Assembly: GCA_004431415.1 (NCBI GenBank)
Contig: QPMI01000005.1
Span: forward strand, 1,178,001 to 1,242,000
Direction of reading: 5' to 3'
DNA from: Cyanophora paradoxa CCMP329
Lineage: Eukaryota; Plantae; Glaucophyta
DNA length: 64,000 nt
In this document: positions 25,106 to 38,495 of the stretch, piece by piece
Layout of the letters: every line of letters begins with the position of its first letter
Numbering within the stretch: position 1 is the first letter of the stretch
Made by a program: the position numbers and the translations under genes
The notes under the pieces: generated by a model
Database searches by the model: none
Told to the model about the DNA's origin: nothing
The model's input: the letters and a program-made list of their open reading frames with translations, nothing else

Positions 25106-26829
25106 ATGAGTTCACACTGTACCCTTGTGTGGCGGGAAATGGCGGCGGCCACAGCGATCGTCCCCGCGTCGACTACGAGGCCCTCAGAGGCCAGGAAGGC
25201 GATCTGGACACCTTTGAAATCGGCGCGCATCGGCTACTGCAACGAAAACAAGCTGGTGCGAGCATTCGTGCAGCTGTCCTCGCCCGCCATCCAGCGAGCG
25301 CGCCGGTGCAGGTGATCCATATCGGCGACTATCTGAAGCTTCCGGCGTCGCGCCTGGGCTTCAATTCCGACCTGGTGACCGCCACATCGGGCCCCGTGGT
25401 TCGATCCGCCCCGCACCACGCCCTCGCGCTTTTCGCCGACGCAGCCTGGCTGCTTCAGGTTGTTCGCATCATTGGCATCGAGTACGATGCGGTAGAAGGC
25501 TTCACAGAGAACATGGCGTACCGTGTGACCTGCCTCCGCTACTCCACCGAGGCGGAGCGGGCGCTTATCGCGAACGCACTGGGGCAAGCCACTCTCGACC
25601 CACACGAGCTTTTCCACATCCCCAAGATGGACAGCACTTGCCGGCGGGTCTTCACGGCGCGGGCGATGACGGCGTGGAACAAGGAAGACGACGTACAGAG
25701 TGCGTATTGGCGGGAATGCGTCGTCTGGCGCATCTCTGACGGAGTTCGCAGTCGTTGAAGTGCTGGACCGAGACACGTGCGAGCGGAGAGTCGCACAAGT
25801 GAACAAGGGGCCGAAGATCAACGAGACCGCGCGGGGATCCCACGCGATGGTCAAGAAGCGCGCCGAGAACCCGGCGAACCGGTTCTACTTTGTAGAGCGG
25901 ACCTGGGAGGCCGGCCGTGCGTGCTCCCCGGCCCGCGCAAGCGCGTCGCCTCCGCCGACCGCGGAGCAGGGAACGACGGCGACGTCGGCTCGGTCAAGCC
26001 TTGCGTGGAGGACCCGTTCTTCACGAGCATCGTCGACAAGAAGCGCGCGGTGAAGTGCAGATCCGGCGTGCGTCCGCGAGCTCGAAAACGCCGCCATCCG
26101 CCTTCCCGCGCAAACCGTCCCTTGCGCAGATCTACTTGTGGAAGAAGCTATTCGTTGAGAACCGCAACGGATATGTTCGCCCGGCGGTGCGTCATGACGC
26201 TTGCGGCGCCGCCGCGCTGCCCCCCGCGCCCGCCAGCTGCGGACGCCGCGCTCAATCGTGCGCCCGCAGCCGCCGAAGGCTAAGAAGCCCCGCAAGCCGC
26301 GCGCGAAGAAGGCGGCTGTCAAAGAAGAGGTGCGGATCAAATCTTGGATCCATTTTCCCCCGGCCGCCCGAGCGAACCCGCCCGGCAGCCGGAGGATGAG
26401 GATGAGGAGGAGGAGGAGGAGGATCAGGAGGAGCAGCAGGAGCAGGAGCAGGAGGGCGAGAATGACAACGACGGGGAGCAGTCCGAGGCGAGCGAGGCCG
26501 AATCGGTGCGCCTGGCCCCGCCCGGGCAAGCGAGCGAGCCGCAGCGCGCGGCTGATCTTCTACAGGAGGAGGAGGAGGAGCAGAAAGAGCAGGCCAAGGA
26601 GGCGGCGGCGGCGGAGGAGGAGGAGGAGGAGGAGGAGGAGGAGGAGGAGCCGAGGACACCGGCACCGAAAAAGGCCCCCGCGCCGGCCCCCGCGCCGGCC
26701 CCCGCGCCGGCGGCCGTCACTCCGAAGCCGAGCGGCAAGGAGGCGCGGGGCAAGCGGGGCAGCCGGGCACTCCTCACCCCCGTGACGCCCGACGCGTCAG
26801 CGGCCAAGAAGCGCCGCACCCACTCCTAG
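25106..26829 (+). CDS. BAH-domain protein with acidic and basic low-complexity tail
   Basis: Spliced motifs IHIGDYLKL, VVRIIGIE, VTCLRY, DPHELF, VVEVL and FYFVERTW occur in BAH-domain order. They are followed by KAKKPRKPRAKK, poly-E tracts and a C-terminal AKKRRTHS (NLS-like). Confidence 0.6.
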
Positions 26830-27128
26830 TATCAATGGCCAGTCCGATGTACATACACAGATCTGAACGGGCCGGTGGGCCCAGCGGCAGCAGCCCAGGG
26901 GCCCACCCTCGCTCGTGTTCTTGTACCCGTAGCCGTTCGGAGCCACTGTAGGCCCCAGTGAGGGGCCTGGCCCCGTGTTCGAATGCACAAGTATACGAGA
27001 CGCGTGCGCTGCCGAGTTGCCCGCGGGCAGCTCCTGATCTTATCTTATCTTGACTGAATGATCATGAATCTAACTAATAATACGAATCATATGCATGAAT
27101 ACGAAAAGGACTGCGCATGCGCCTGCAG

Positions 27129-30100
27129 CTAGCCGGACCCCTCCGTCGACGAGGGCGTACCCGGGGCGAGGGCGGGCGAGCCCGGGGTACCCTCGACCGG
27201 CTCGTGGAGGGTCTCGAAGAGCACGGTAACCCCTGGCGGGGCCGGCCAGGACGGCGCAAGCGCCGGCCCCGCAGGGCCCCCGGCGGCCGGGCCGGCGCCC
27301 GCCGCATCCTCTTCCTCCAGGGGGGTAGAGGCGCCTTCCTCCGGCTCCGCGGGCGGCTCGGGCGGCGGCGGGTCGGCCGGGGCGGGTACGCCGTTGCTCG
27401 CCCCGCTTCCCCCGCTCCCGCCGCTGCCGCCGCTGCCGGTGCCCTCGCTCCCCGCGGGGGAGCCGCTCACGTCGACGACCGCCGGGGGCCCCTCCGCCGC
27501 CGCCGCCGCCGCCAACACCGGGCAGGCCTCCTCGGCCCCTTCCTTGCGGGCGCTGGGCCCGGCCGACTGCGCCGGCCGCGGCGAGGGCGTCACCTCTCCG
27601 CCCTCCTCGTCCTCGTCCCCGAACCAGGCGATGCGGGCCCGCCCCTTCTTCTTGGCGCCCGCGGCCGCGGACGCCGCCCCCGCCACCTCCGCCAGGCCCT
27701 TGACCGACACGCGCCCCGAGGCGCGCGCCGACGAGGGCGGCGGCTCGGGCGAGGGCGACACGATCCCCGCCTTCTCCTTGAACCTGTACCCCCCCGAGAG
27801 TCATGTCCGCGCAGCGTACCCCCCCCCCAAACAGAATCGTGACGTCACGCACTTCCTTGCGGCCTCTTGGACGCGCATGAGCTTGCGCTTGGCGTGCAGG
27901 TGACGCGCCCGCAGGTTCTGCGAACGAAAGAAAGCGCCCCGTAAACAGCGGATTCGAACGGAACTAGACCGGAGTTTTCGCGTACCCGGACGATGGCGGC
28001 GTCCATGTCCGTCACGAGGAAGTGCAGCTTCGTGACGCTCTTCTTCCCCGCCTCGACCTCCTTCGAGGTAACCGTACCCCCCTCGTCCTCGCTCCCGCTG
28101 GGCGTGGCGTCCCGTCCATCCTTCTTCCTCTGCTTCCGCTCCTCCTTCCAGCACATGCCCATGAGCCGCCTCCGCAGCTTGAACTGCGCGGAGCTAATTT
28201 TAGCACGGCCCGAGCGTTTCCTGTAACCCCCGCACCTTCCGGAAGGCGTTTAGCCAGCGCATCTTGGGCGTCTCTCGGAAAGCTTCGTTCACCATCGGCG
28301 GCGCCGGCTTGACCGTAAGCTGCGACGTACCCCATCAGGAGGCCGGGAGGGAGGCAGCGGAGAGGGTTTCAGGCTCGCTCGCTCGCCTTGTAGCAGAGGT
28401 TCTGGAGGGCCCACTTGGCCGACTCCATCCGCCCGTGCTGCAGGAGGAGGAGCAGCAGCTGGTCCCGCACCTGAGAGGGGTACGGGGTCAGGAGACAAGA
28501 AGGGATTGAAAAGGGGGAGGGGGTACGCGCACGGCCTGCTCCTCGAAGTGCCCAACGAGGCCGTGCTTCTGTAGGATGTCCCCCAGCCGCGCCTCCTTCC
28601 ACGCCTGCGGGGGGTACGTGAATCCGAAGGAGGGGAACGCTCGGCGAGAGGAAAGGGCCCCGCGGGGATTCGAACCAGGGGGTCCTGGAGCTGGTAGGAC
28701 TCCGGCTCGTCCTCGACGAGGGCCCGCGGGTCGCAGAGGTGGTGGTACAGGCCGAAGACGCGCTCCATCGTCGTACCCCTCCTGCGCGTGGTTCGGCCAG
28801 AGCGGGGTACCCCCACAGGAAAAAAAAGGAAGCTTCGCACTCGGATTCGTCGACGTCGATGGCGGTGGAAGACGCGGAGGAGAAAAAGAGGTCCAAGAGG
28901 TCGGTAACCAGGCCCTTGAAGGCGTACTGGGGTGCGGGGAGGGGGGTACGGGATTAAGAAGCGCGGCGGGGGGGTGGGGGGATGGTAGCGCACGGCCCCG
29001 ATGCCCGCGGGGGGTTCCTGGGAGGGAGGCGGCGCGTGAGGCCGGGGTACGGGATTTCGAAAGGGGTACGGGGCGCACGAGGTGAATGCCGAGCTGCTTG
29101 AGGACCAGCACGACGCGCGTACCCGGCGTGGTTCGCTCCTTGGGCTTCAGCAGGCCGGCCTGGTTCAGCGATCTGCGGGGTACGGCGTTAGGCTTTCTCT
29201 CGTGGGGGGTACAGGCGCGCCGGGCCGGGCGGCGAGGGGGGTACCGCCGGTTGCGCTGGTGGGAGGTGGTGAAAATTCCGGCCCCCGCGAACTTGCCCCC
29301 CGCCCCCAGGATCTCGTCCGCCGTGGGGGGTAGCTCTGCGTCCGTCCGCACTGCGCACGAAGGTGAGGCGGGGGCAATCGGATGGATGGGGTTACGCACG
29401 CCGGATGCTCCGCGTCCAACGCTTTCGAACGTGGAACTCCATCACCTCGGCTGCGGTCCCGGGTTCGAATCCGGCGAGGCACGCTTCTTTCAGGGGTACG
29501 CACGCGTCTCGAGGAGCTCCTTCTGGCCGATGGCTGCGCCGATCATGTTCATCGGGTTCCAGTGCTGGAGCATTCCCTCCATCTGGGGGGTACGGGTGCG
29601 TTAAGAACGATCGAAAGCAAGGCACTCGCTCCTCAGGGCCCGCGCCTGCATGCGCCGGGCGCGGGCCTCGGCCCCCCGCTGGCTCTTGAGCGCTTCCATG
29701 CTTTTCGTCACGTTAGAGAGCTTGAGAACGAGCTGAAGGAGCTTCGCGCCGATCGAGCCCAGCAGGCCCATCCCGATGAACGCCGTGATGCTGCGGGTAC
29801 GCGAAAAGTTCAGGAGGGGGGGTACCGTTGTGCGGAAGGGGAGGGGAGGGGTACATTGCGATGGCGCGGGATACAGTGCGGCGGGGCACGTAATCGCCGT
29901 ACCCCAGCGTGCAGGCTGCGGGAGGGGGCCGCGGGGCGCGCGATCGGCCGCGGGGGCGGAGGGGGAGTCGCGCGGCACAGGAGGGAGGGGAGGGGTACAG
30001 GCCGCGCACACGTCACCAGGGAGAACCACATGTTCAGGGCGTAGTCCGAGAACTCTGGCTGGGCGGCCTGCGCAACCGGATTCAAAAGGAATCGATAGGA

Positions 30101-33100
30101 AAGAAACGGATAGAAAAGGAAAGGAAAGGAAAGAAGAGGAAGGACCTGCTCGGTGATCTTGATGGCGAGGGCAATGGCCGTAATGATCGCGAGGAAGAAC
30201 GCGTAGATGAAGACGCTGCGCGCGGATCGGATCAAATCCGGATCAAATTGACTTGGAGCGAAGGGGCGGGGCGCAGCGGAGCGCACAAGGGCCGATTAAG
30301 CAGCAGCGAGACGAAGAAAGACGTGTTGAGCATCGCCTGCGGGGGGAGGGGCTCGCTCAGACGCGGCGAGATCAAAAGCGAAGCGGCCGAGAGGCGGGCG
30401 GGGGGAACGCAGGGGGGCGCGCGCGCCTTGTACACCCGGAGGAGGCGAACCACCTTTAGGACCGAGAGCAGGCGCATGATCTGAGAGCGAGATTTGATCT
30501 GAGAGCGAAAGAGAGGCTTGAAGGACAAGAGAGAGCGCACCCGGAAGAAGCGGGTGATGACCGAGAGTTTGAAGAAGCCGGCGGACCCGTCGAGGCCGGG
30601 CACGTCCGTGATGAGCGACGGGAAGAGGTACCTGTGATCCTCTTCAGGAAAAGGAAAGGAAAGGAAAGAAAAGGAAGGAGAGGGGAGGGGATGGGGGGGT
30701 ACCAATTTGCGCGGAGGAAGCGGGGGAGGCGCTGGTCGCGGGGGCGCAGCGCCCACTGGACGCCGATGTCGACGAGGAAGGCGGAGGTGAAGAACCAGTC
30801 CGCCCACTGCGAACGAAGCGGGGTACACGCTTCGTCAGAGGAGGCGCGGCGCACAGCAAATGGGGAAGCTAGAAGCACGGCGCAGCGACCAGAGCAACTT
30901 GAAGCACGGCTAGAAGCAAGGGGCACAGCAACTAGGGAAGCTGGAAGCACACACGAGGTCTTAGGGTCCCTCCAAGCGCGAGCGCGAGCTTGGGCCCCGT
31001 TCTGATCTAACCTAATCCAATCTGATCTGAGCCCATCTGATCTGAGCCCATCTGAGCGGACCTTCAGGGCGACGAGGGCGCGCGGGGGCATGGGCCCCGC
31101 GTCGACGAAGGGCGCCACGGCGACGGAGAAGGAGGCCAGCGAGAGGAGCACCATCAGCACCTGAGGGGGAGTGGATGAGGGAGGCGCCCCGGAAATTCAA
31201 AGGGGAAGGGGAGGAGGAAGTTGGAAGTTAGCGCCGAGGGGCGGGGCGGGGCGGGAGATGAGGAGAAGCCGGGGTCGGGTCGGGGGAGGGCGACCACTGG
31301 AGCTCATCCAAAGGGAAAGCAGGGGGGGAGGGGGAGGAAGCGGTCGGGGGGTACGGGCCTGGGCGGCGAAGTCGGCGGCGTCGATGCGGGACTTGAGGGG
31401 GCTCAGCTCCGCGTTGAGCGCCTCCGCCGCCGCCAGCACGGGGTCTGCAGAGGGACGGGTACAGGTCAGAGCGGAGCGGAGCGGATCGGCAGAGCGGCGG
31501 ACTATCGATCTATCTATCTATCTTCTATCTAGATGCTGGCAGGCAGGCTCTCTCCAGAGCGGGGATTCAGGAGCAGAGTTCTAGAGTGGGGCGGCAAGAG
31601 ACTGTGGAGGCAGAGCGGCAGGGGCGGCGGGGGCGGACCGCGGTGCTTGGCGCGGTCCGAGAGCGAGTCGGTGGAGGCCGTCTCTGAGTAGAGCGAGTTC
31701 TCCCGCCTGCGAACGAAACGGCCCCCGGGGCCCGGGCCGGCGCCTTCTCCCCCTCCCCCTCCTCCTCCTCCCCCCACGCCGGCGCCGACGGAGCTGCTTG
31801 TGGGGGCGGAGGAGGAGGAGGGGAGGGACGGCTCTCGATTCCGGTGGACGGCGGGCTGGCGAGGGGTACAGTGAGTGGGGCACCGCGTCAGTTCGCTTGC
31901 TACTCAGAGCTAGATAGATAGATGGAACGGCCGGGATCCGAACGAACCCGGAGGTCGGAGATGGTCAGGTCGACGCTGCCCCTGGGCCCCAGCATCTGCG
32001 CGCGGCGGACGGCTCGCAAGGGCGTGTCGTCGTCGTCGCTGGGCCGGGGCGGGGGCGTGGGCGGGGCGCTCGCCTTGTCCCACTGCCGCTCCCGCCGCGT
32101 CAGGCCGTAGTAAGAGTCCTTGTCTTCCTGCTCCTCCTCCTCCTCCTCCTCCAGGGATCGAGCCTGGGGGTACACGTCACTCGCGGTGGAGGGGGTACAC
32201 GCGCGGATCGCCGCGTGCGCGCCTCAGAGGCGGCTATGGAAGATCGCCTGCCCCGGGGGCGGGCCGTCACCAGCCCGGGTAGCGCCAACGCCTTTTCGTC
32301 GTCCAGGGTCACCTGGGTACGCGATTTCTTCAGAGCCCTGCCCATTCGTAATCCTGTAACCCTCTGTCGCCCTCACCTGACGTCGGAGGTCCGCGAGTCG
32401 CTCGCGCTGCTTTGCGGTAAGCCCCTCGCGCACCAGGTCCCGCAGCTGTACCCCTGTGAGACGCCGAGGGGGGGGGGAAGAGGCGGGGGCAGGGGGAGAA
32501 CTGAGCGGGGGAAAAGGCCGCGCACCGCGTCCGGGTCCCCATCGATATCGTCGAACTCGAACGACGTCCGCGCGCGCGCCTGGCCCGGCGCGGCTGTCAG
32601 GGGGGGGAAGGAGCTGGGGGGGGGAAGAAGCCGGGGGGTAGAGCACCGCCTCGCGGATCTTGCGGATGCGACGGACGATGGCTGCCGGGGCGCGCCAGAT
32701 CCAGCTGCCGGCTCGGCGCCCCCCCGGAGCGGACGCGTTCTGTACCCCCTCGACCGCGGGGGCGGCGGCGGCGTCCGCCGCGCCGCGGGCCAACAGCGCG
32801 CCGCCCACGACGCTCGAGCTGGTGACTAGAAGGGATGGCACGGCCGGGCTCTTCCGGCCCCCCTCGGGAGGCGGCGTCGCCAGCCCGCTGTTGTTCAGCG
32901 GCGTCGACATCCGCCGGCCTTGCAGCCTGGCGACAGCCGCAGACGTCGAAGGCAAAGGCGAGGTCGACGGCAAGGGCGAGGTCAATGGTAAAGGCGAGGT
33001 CGCCCGCGATCCTCGCCGCGACGCCGATGCCGATGCCGACGCCGGCGCCGATGCCGAGGCCGGAGCCGCCTCGGCGGCGGCGGCGGCGGCGGGGCCGACC

Positions 33101-35833
33101 GCCCCGGACGCAGGCTTCTCCCCCCCCCAGAAGCTCAGAATCCGGGAGAGGACCTGGCAGATCCCTCAAAAGGGGGGGAAGGAAGCGCGGGGGGTACGAA
33201 GTCGACGCACCGCGACGACGTGGGCCTGCCGCGCCTCGGACGCCTCCAGCAGCGCGGCGCGGAGGCCGAAGGTCCGGCCCCGCCGCACCCGCGCCATGTG
33301 CCACGCGATCTGGGCGCCCGGGCTCAGGCGAGGGGGCTGCTCAGGCGAGTCAGTCATCCGAGGCGCGCGCGCACCGAGGCGGCGCGGTGGCGCTCGGAGG
33401 CGCGGCGGACGACGACGGCGTAGACCGCCGCGACCGCGCACATCGCGACGAAGAAGCACGCCCAAACGGTGTCTGATGCCGAAACGGAGGGGCGTAGATT
33501 CGTTAAGAGTTGGGAGACAGCTCGCTCGCTTAGAGGTAGCGAGCGCACAGAGGATCGCGTTGTCCCCCATGCAGGCTTCCCGCACGCCGCTCGTCACGCA
33601 GTCGCCCGTCGCGGCGATCACGTCCACCTCGTCTGCCCCGGGGCGCCCCCGTTAGGCTGTATGGGGTACGTGGTTGCGCGCGTGCGGGGGGGTACCGGCG
33701 ATCCCGTCGTTGTCCGAGTCCCAAGTACCCTCGGGGTCCAGCGGGAAGGCGTCGTGGCCGTCTGTACCCCGCGTGAGGGGGTACGCGGTTTCCGAGGGAG
33801 GGGATACCCGTACCGAAGACGCCGTCGTCGTCCTTGTCCAGATCCAGGCGCAGGAGCGTTCGCCTCCGGCCCCCAGCGGGTGCCTATACCCCCGCAGCAG
33901 TCAGGGCCGCCGGCCCGTGAGCGGGCGGAAGGGGCGGGAGGGGTACCGGGGCGGCCCAGACGAGCTGGTCCCGGTAGATGGAGGCGAGGGGGAGCGGGGT
34001 ACCGGGCGCCGGCGCCGCGGCGACGCAGACGCTGTGGAAGAGCGGGGTCCCCGCGGGGCCCTCGCTGCGGTACAGCAGCAGCCGCCACCCGCCCGCCGGC
34101 GTCCGCTGCCGGGCGTGCGGACGTCAGTTTCACGCGCGCCGGCGCCAGTGGGGCGGCGATGCGGCGGGGGCGGGCGGGCCGGACCTGCCATAGTAGGACC
34201 GAGCCGCCCTGGGGGGCGTACAGGTGCATCTCCTCAGCCGAGTCCAGCGCGTCTGGGGTACGGCATCACAGAGGATCACGTGGGCCGCTGCGGTTCGGGG
34301 GAAGGGGTGCGCCGCACCGGACCAGGTCCCCAGCTCGGAGTGGTAGACGCGCAGCCGGTAGGCCGCGACGGGCGGGCCGTCCGGCGCGGACGAGGGGGCG
34401 CTCGCAGGCTCGGAGGGGCCGGACGGGGGCCGCCCCAGAACGACGGCGAGTAGGGGGGGCGAAGAGGCGGCTCCGAGGAGGTAGACGAAGGGGGCGGAGG
34501 ACCAGGAGGAGGGCCCGAAGGTCGAGAGCGAGCGCGAGGGGAGCGAGAGGACGTTCAGTACCCCGTCCGCGTACGCGGAGGCCTCCCAGGAGGGGTACGG
34601 CGCCGGGACGACGACGCCCCGGGGGTGCAGCCGGACGGGGTACGCCGTCTCGATCCAGGAGGCGACGCAGGCGCCGGAGGGGAGCGCGGAAGGGGTACCG
34701 GGTTCCGACTCGGCCATAGCCATGCGGGGCAGGAACAGGTTCGATCCGGCGCGGAGCGTGAGCCTCTCGCTGTACCCCGTCTCGGAGTGGAAGAGGCGGG
34801 CGCTCGACCGGTTGGCGCTCGGGTCGAACTCCTGCGCCAGCGTGTACGGCCCGCAGGCCTGCGCCGGCGCCTCGGCGGGCGGCAGCGAAGAGGGCGGGGC
34901 GCGGGGGCCGACCTGGGGCGAGAGGAGGAGGGCCGGCGGCTCGGGGCGGAAGGGCACCTGAGCGGCGCGAGAGCGGTCGGCGGGGGCGGGGGCGGGGCGG
35001 GGGCGGGCGCGGGGCGCGGGGCGCACGGGGCTCGTCTCGACAGCGCCGCGCGCGTCGAGTCGCACGGAGACGACGTCGCCGGGCCGGCCCCCGGGCCCGC
35101 CCCGCCACGGCCGCCGCCCCCGCCACCGCAGAGACGGAGCTGCGCGCGCGCGCGCGGGGGACGGCGGCGTGAGTGGCGATCCCGCCGCCGCCCACGGCGC
35201 CCCGCGCGCACCTCGAGTTGCTGTACAGCAACACAGCCTGCACGGCGCGTCGGCGGGCGCGTCGGCGGGGCGGCGGGGCAAGCGAAAGCGCACGCTCTTG
35301 CGGACGGCGTAGTCGTTGCCGTAGAGAACATTGACGCCGCCGGCCTCGAACGAGAAGAGCGCCGCCAGCTTGTCGACCGGCGGCGTGTAGTAAAGCTCCG
35401 CGTAGCTGTGCGATGCGCACCGTCGGCCAGGGTCCGAAGCGGCCCAGGAGGCCGGGCGGCGGGGCGGGGCGGGGCGGGGCCGGACCCCTGGATCGCGTAG
35501 CTGGAGGCCGTGCCGACGCGCCCGTCGCCCTCCTCGTCCACCAGCAGCCACAGGCGGTCCCGCGCGAAGACAAAGCGGTCCTCTGCAGAGCGCGCGGCCC
35601 GTCAGCGCGAGCGGCTAAACGCGGAGCGGGGCGCCTCGCTCGGCGAGGACGAGCGCACCCAGCATGAAAGGGCCTATCCTCGCTGATGCATCTTCAGCTG
35701 CCGCCGGCGCCGAATACTCCGCCCAAGCAGCGGGGGCAAAGTCCGGCAGGCCGCACGGCGGCGGCCCGGGAAGCGCTGCGGCGTGCTGGCCCAAGAGGGC
35801 CAGCAGCCCGAGCAGCACCGCTAGCTTCTGCAT
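27129..35833 (-). CDS. 6-TM voltage-gated-type K+ channel fused to a signal peptide, large ectodomain, thrombospondin type-3 repeat and an extra TM helix
   Basis: Signal peptide MQKLAVLLGLLALLGQHAAA (35833). TSP3 repeat DLDKDDDGVF|DGHDAFPLDPEGTWDSDNDGIA|DEVD (~33845-33620). TM helix YTVWACFFVAMCAVAAVYAVVV. Exons from the TSP3 repeat through S1 (VLMVLLSLASFSVAV) and S2 (WADWFFTSAFLVDI) join in consistent phase. S4 is RFFR|IMRLLSVLKVVRLLRVYK, the pore is WFSLVTSCTLGYGDYVP (TLGYGD at 29893-29910), and S6 contains FIGMGLLGSIG. A long C-terminus ends at 27129. Confidence 0.8.
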
Positions 35834-36069
35834 GGCCGCGTTCGTCGGCCGCGCATCGCGGTCACCGCCGCTGCTGGAGCCAGCAGCTGTAGGTAGCTCG
35901 GTGAAGGTATTCTGCGCTTATAGCTATGAGCTCGTGCTTCTCTGAAAGCGTCTCGGTTGGGGGGAACGGACAAGCGGGGGATACCGCTCGCACAAGCAGC
36001 CGTCGAAGCTGGAGAGCGATCCCCCCGGGAAAGCGATCTTTAGCTAGCTCATTTTGTACCTAGCACGAC

Positions 36070-37922
36070 ATGGGCCGACAGCGGCCTGCCAAGCGTGCGC
36101 GTGCGGAAAATCCTTCGGGCTCGGTTAGCTCGGCGAGCGGCAGCACTAACCACTTCATGCGGCTGCCCGATGAGCTGGTCCAGCGCATTTTCAGCGAGCT
36201 GGAAGCGACGGAGGCGTTCGAGGAGTGCCGGCTGTGGGCGGTGGACAGGCGGTTCCGCCAGCTCGTGCGCGAAGTGCACTGGCAGCAGCTCCGGGTCGAG
36301 TCCAGCGTGCACGTGAACGCAGTCCAGAAGGAGCGTGTAAGAGTGCACAGACAGCGGTTACGCCGAATCGCGGCTCGCGTAGAGAGCGGGGCGATGCGGG
36401 GCTGCAAGAGACTCGTCGTTGGTACCTTGGATGCTGGTGAATTCGAAGATCTTGCGATGACAGGTGTGCACACCGCAATTTCCGACCGCACGCGCATGCG
36501 CACTTGGCTTATAGAACTAGTCGCGCAGAAATGCTGTCGGCACTGTCAGCGGCGCCCGCCCCGCTGGAGCATATCTCCTTCTGCTGCTGCCTTCCATCCA
36601 GTTTCCTGAAGGCATTCCACTCCGCTCCTCTCCAGTCGCTCCATCTGGAGGGGGCAGCGTGCTCCGAATTCGTCGCGGCCGCCGTCCCGGGCCGCCTCCC
36701 GTACCTTCGGGAGCTTTACCTCGGCACGAAAGATCGCCTGGTCTCTCTTGCTCGAGCGGTGCGTTCGCGAAGCAGATACAGCGGGGCGCTGGCTCTGCCG
36801 CTCGCCTCTGACTCCGGATCCGCGGTCAGCTGCAGTCGAAGCTGATGCACATCTGGCCGGGACTGAAGAAACTCTCGTGCGGGGTGCGGGACGGCGCTGC
36901 GCTTCGAGCGCTCGCGGGGCTGCCTCTGGACGAGCTGCGGGTAGAAGTCAGCCCACGGCCCTCCAACAGCTTCGTCTTCAGAGTAGAAGTCGCGAGGGGC
37001 GCCCTCGACGAGGCCATCGAATCGCTAAACGCCGACTGCGTGCGGGCGCTTCACCTGCCCCCCCGCTCCGAGGTGCTCGGGCCCAGCGGCCTCGCCGCTA
37101 TCATCCGCTTCCGTCACATCGAGGAGCTGACCGTCACGGTCCGCCCGGCCCGGCCCTCCCGATCCAGACCGAGACTCTGACGTCGAATCGCCTTTCGCCA
37201 GGTCGACCACACGTCCAGCGGTGTGCTCGCGGGCCTGGGCGCCCTGCAGAAGCTGCGCTCCCTGTCGCTCTGGCTGGACGTGCGCTCTCCGCCGCGCCCA
37301 CGCCGCAGCCCTCGTAGCCTTCCTCTAACACGTCCGTCCCGCAGGCCTCTGCCGCGCCCAAGGGCGCCGCCATCCTGCTGCAGGCCGCGTCGGATGGAGT
37401 GGAAGCGTCCCAGCGGCTCGAGTCCATGACCCTGCGCATCTACTCCACTGAAGAATCGCGGCGGTCGAGGCAGCCGCGAGTGCCGCTGGACCCCCCCAGC
37501 CTGGCCTCCCTGGTCCGCGTCTCCCGGCCGTACCTTGACGAGCTATCCATCGAGGACGGCCCGCCTTCGTTCGACGTCCTGTCGGTCCGCGCGCCCGCGC
37601 CCGCGTCCGCGGCCGCCCGTCCCGCGGCTGACCGAGCTTGCAGGAGATCGCGCGCCCCGGCCCGAAGCTCGAGAGCGTGCACCTCGACTACGAGCTACCA
37701 GAGCCCGAGGACGCAGACTCCGGGGTACAAGAGATCAGCGCCCTGGAGGGGCTGCTGGAGCTGTCCGACGACCGGCACCCCGACCTGGAGATCCGCGTCG
37801 ACGTGAGCCTCGCGTTCTGCGACGCGCAGACTCGGGAGAACCTGTCTGTCCTCCGCAACCAGTTGCAGCTCGAAGGTGACAATCTCCCCATCGCCATCGA
37901 ATTCAGCGAGCGGGACTGGTAA
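36070..37922 (+). CDS. F-box/LRR-like protein
   Basis: F-box HFMRLPDELVQRIFSEL...LWAVDRRFRQLV. LRR-like units include LQSLHLEG, LPYLRELYLG, WPGLKKLS, LQKLRSLSL and PKLESVHL. Stop follows IEFSERDW. Confidence 0.8.
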
Positions 37923-38495
37923 CCTGGTGACCGGGATCTGGCGATATGTCTTTATGAACTGAATGCGCATGCGCATGCCGCGGGGCGGGCGCGCGCGCGC
38001 GCTCTTCGAATTCGAATTCGAAGCTTAACTTAGTAAGTCGCGGCCGTATACGTATACGTAGAGGATCGATATCTAGATCTGGACTCGAATTTCGAAGCCA
38101 GGCCAGCTGCATGCGCAGGTACCGGGCCGGTTGCAGGCTTGCACCGGCAGCTCCAGCTTGCAATTGTCCGCGCAAAGCGTTAAGCCGCCGCCCCGGCGCG
38201 CGGCGCCGCCGCGCCGGCGCCTCGAGCTCGAGCTCACGCAATATTTCTCCCAGGCTCGTGCAATTCCGAGTCGCCGAGTCGATACTAGTACTGAGTCGCA
38301 CAGATTCTTTGTTGTGTTCAGGGCCGGGGTGCAACCGTACCGGCCGGCGGCTGCTCGCGAGGGGGGTACACGTTAGCAAAGACACGCGCTGCAAACTTCC
38401 GATCTCCGTTCGAATAGTGCCAGAACCTCGCCGCGAGGAGGCCTTAGCAGCCTGAGGGCGGCTGAAGGCGTCCCTTGGGACGCAGCGGCGGCAGG

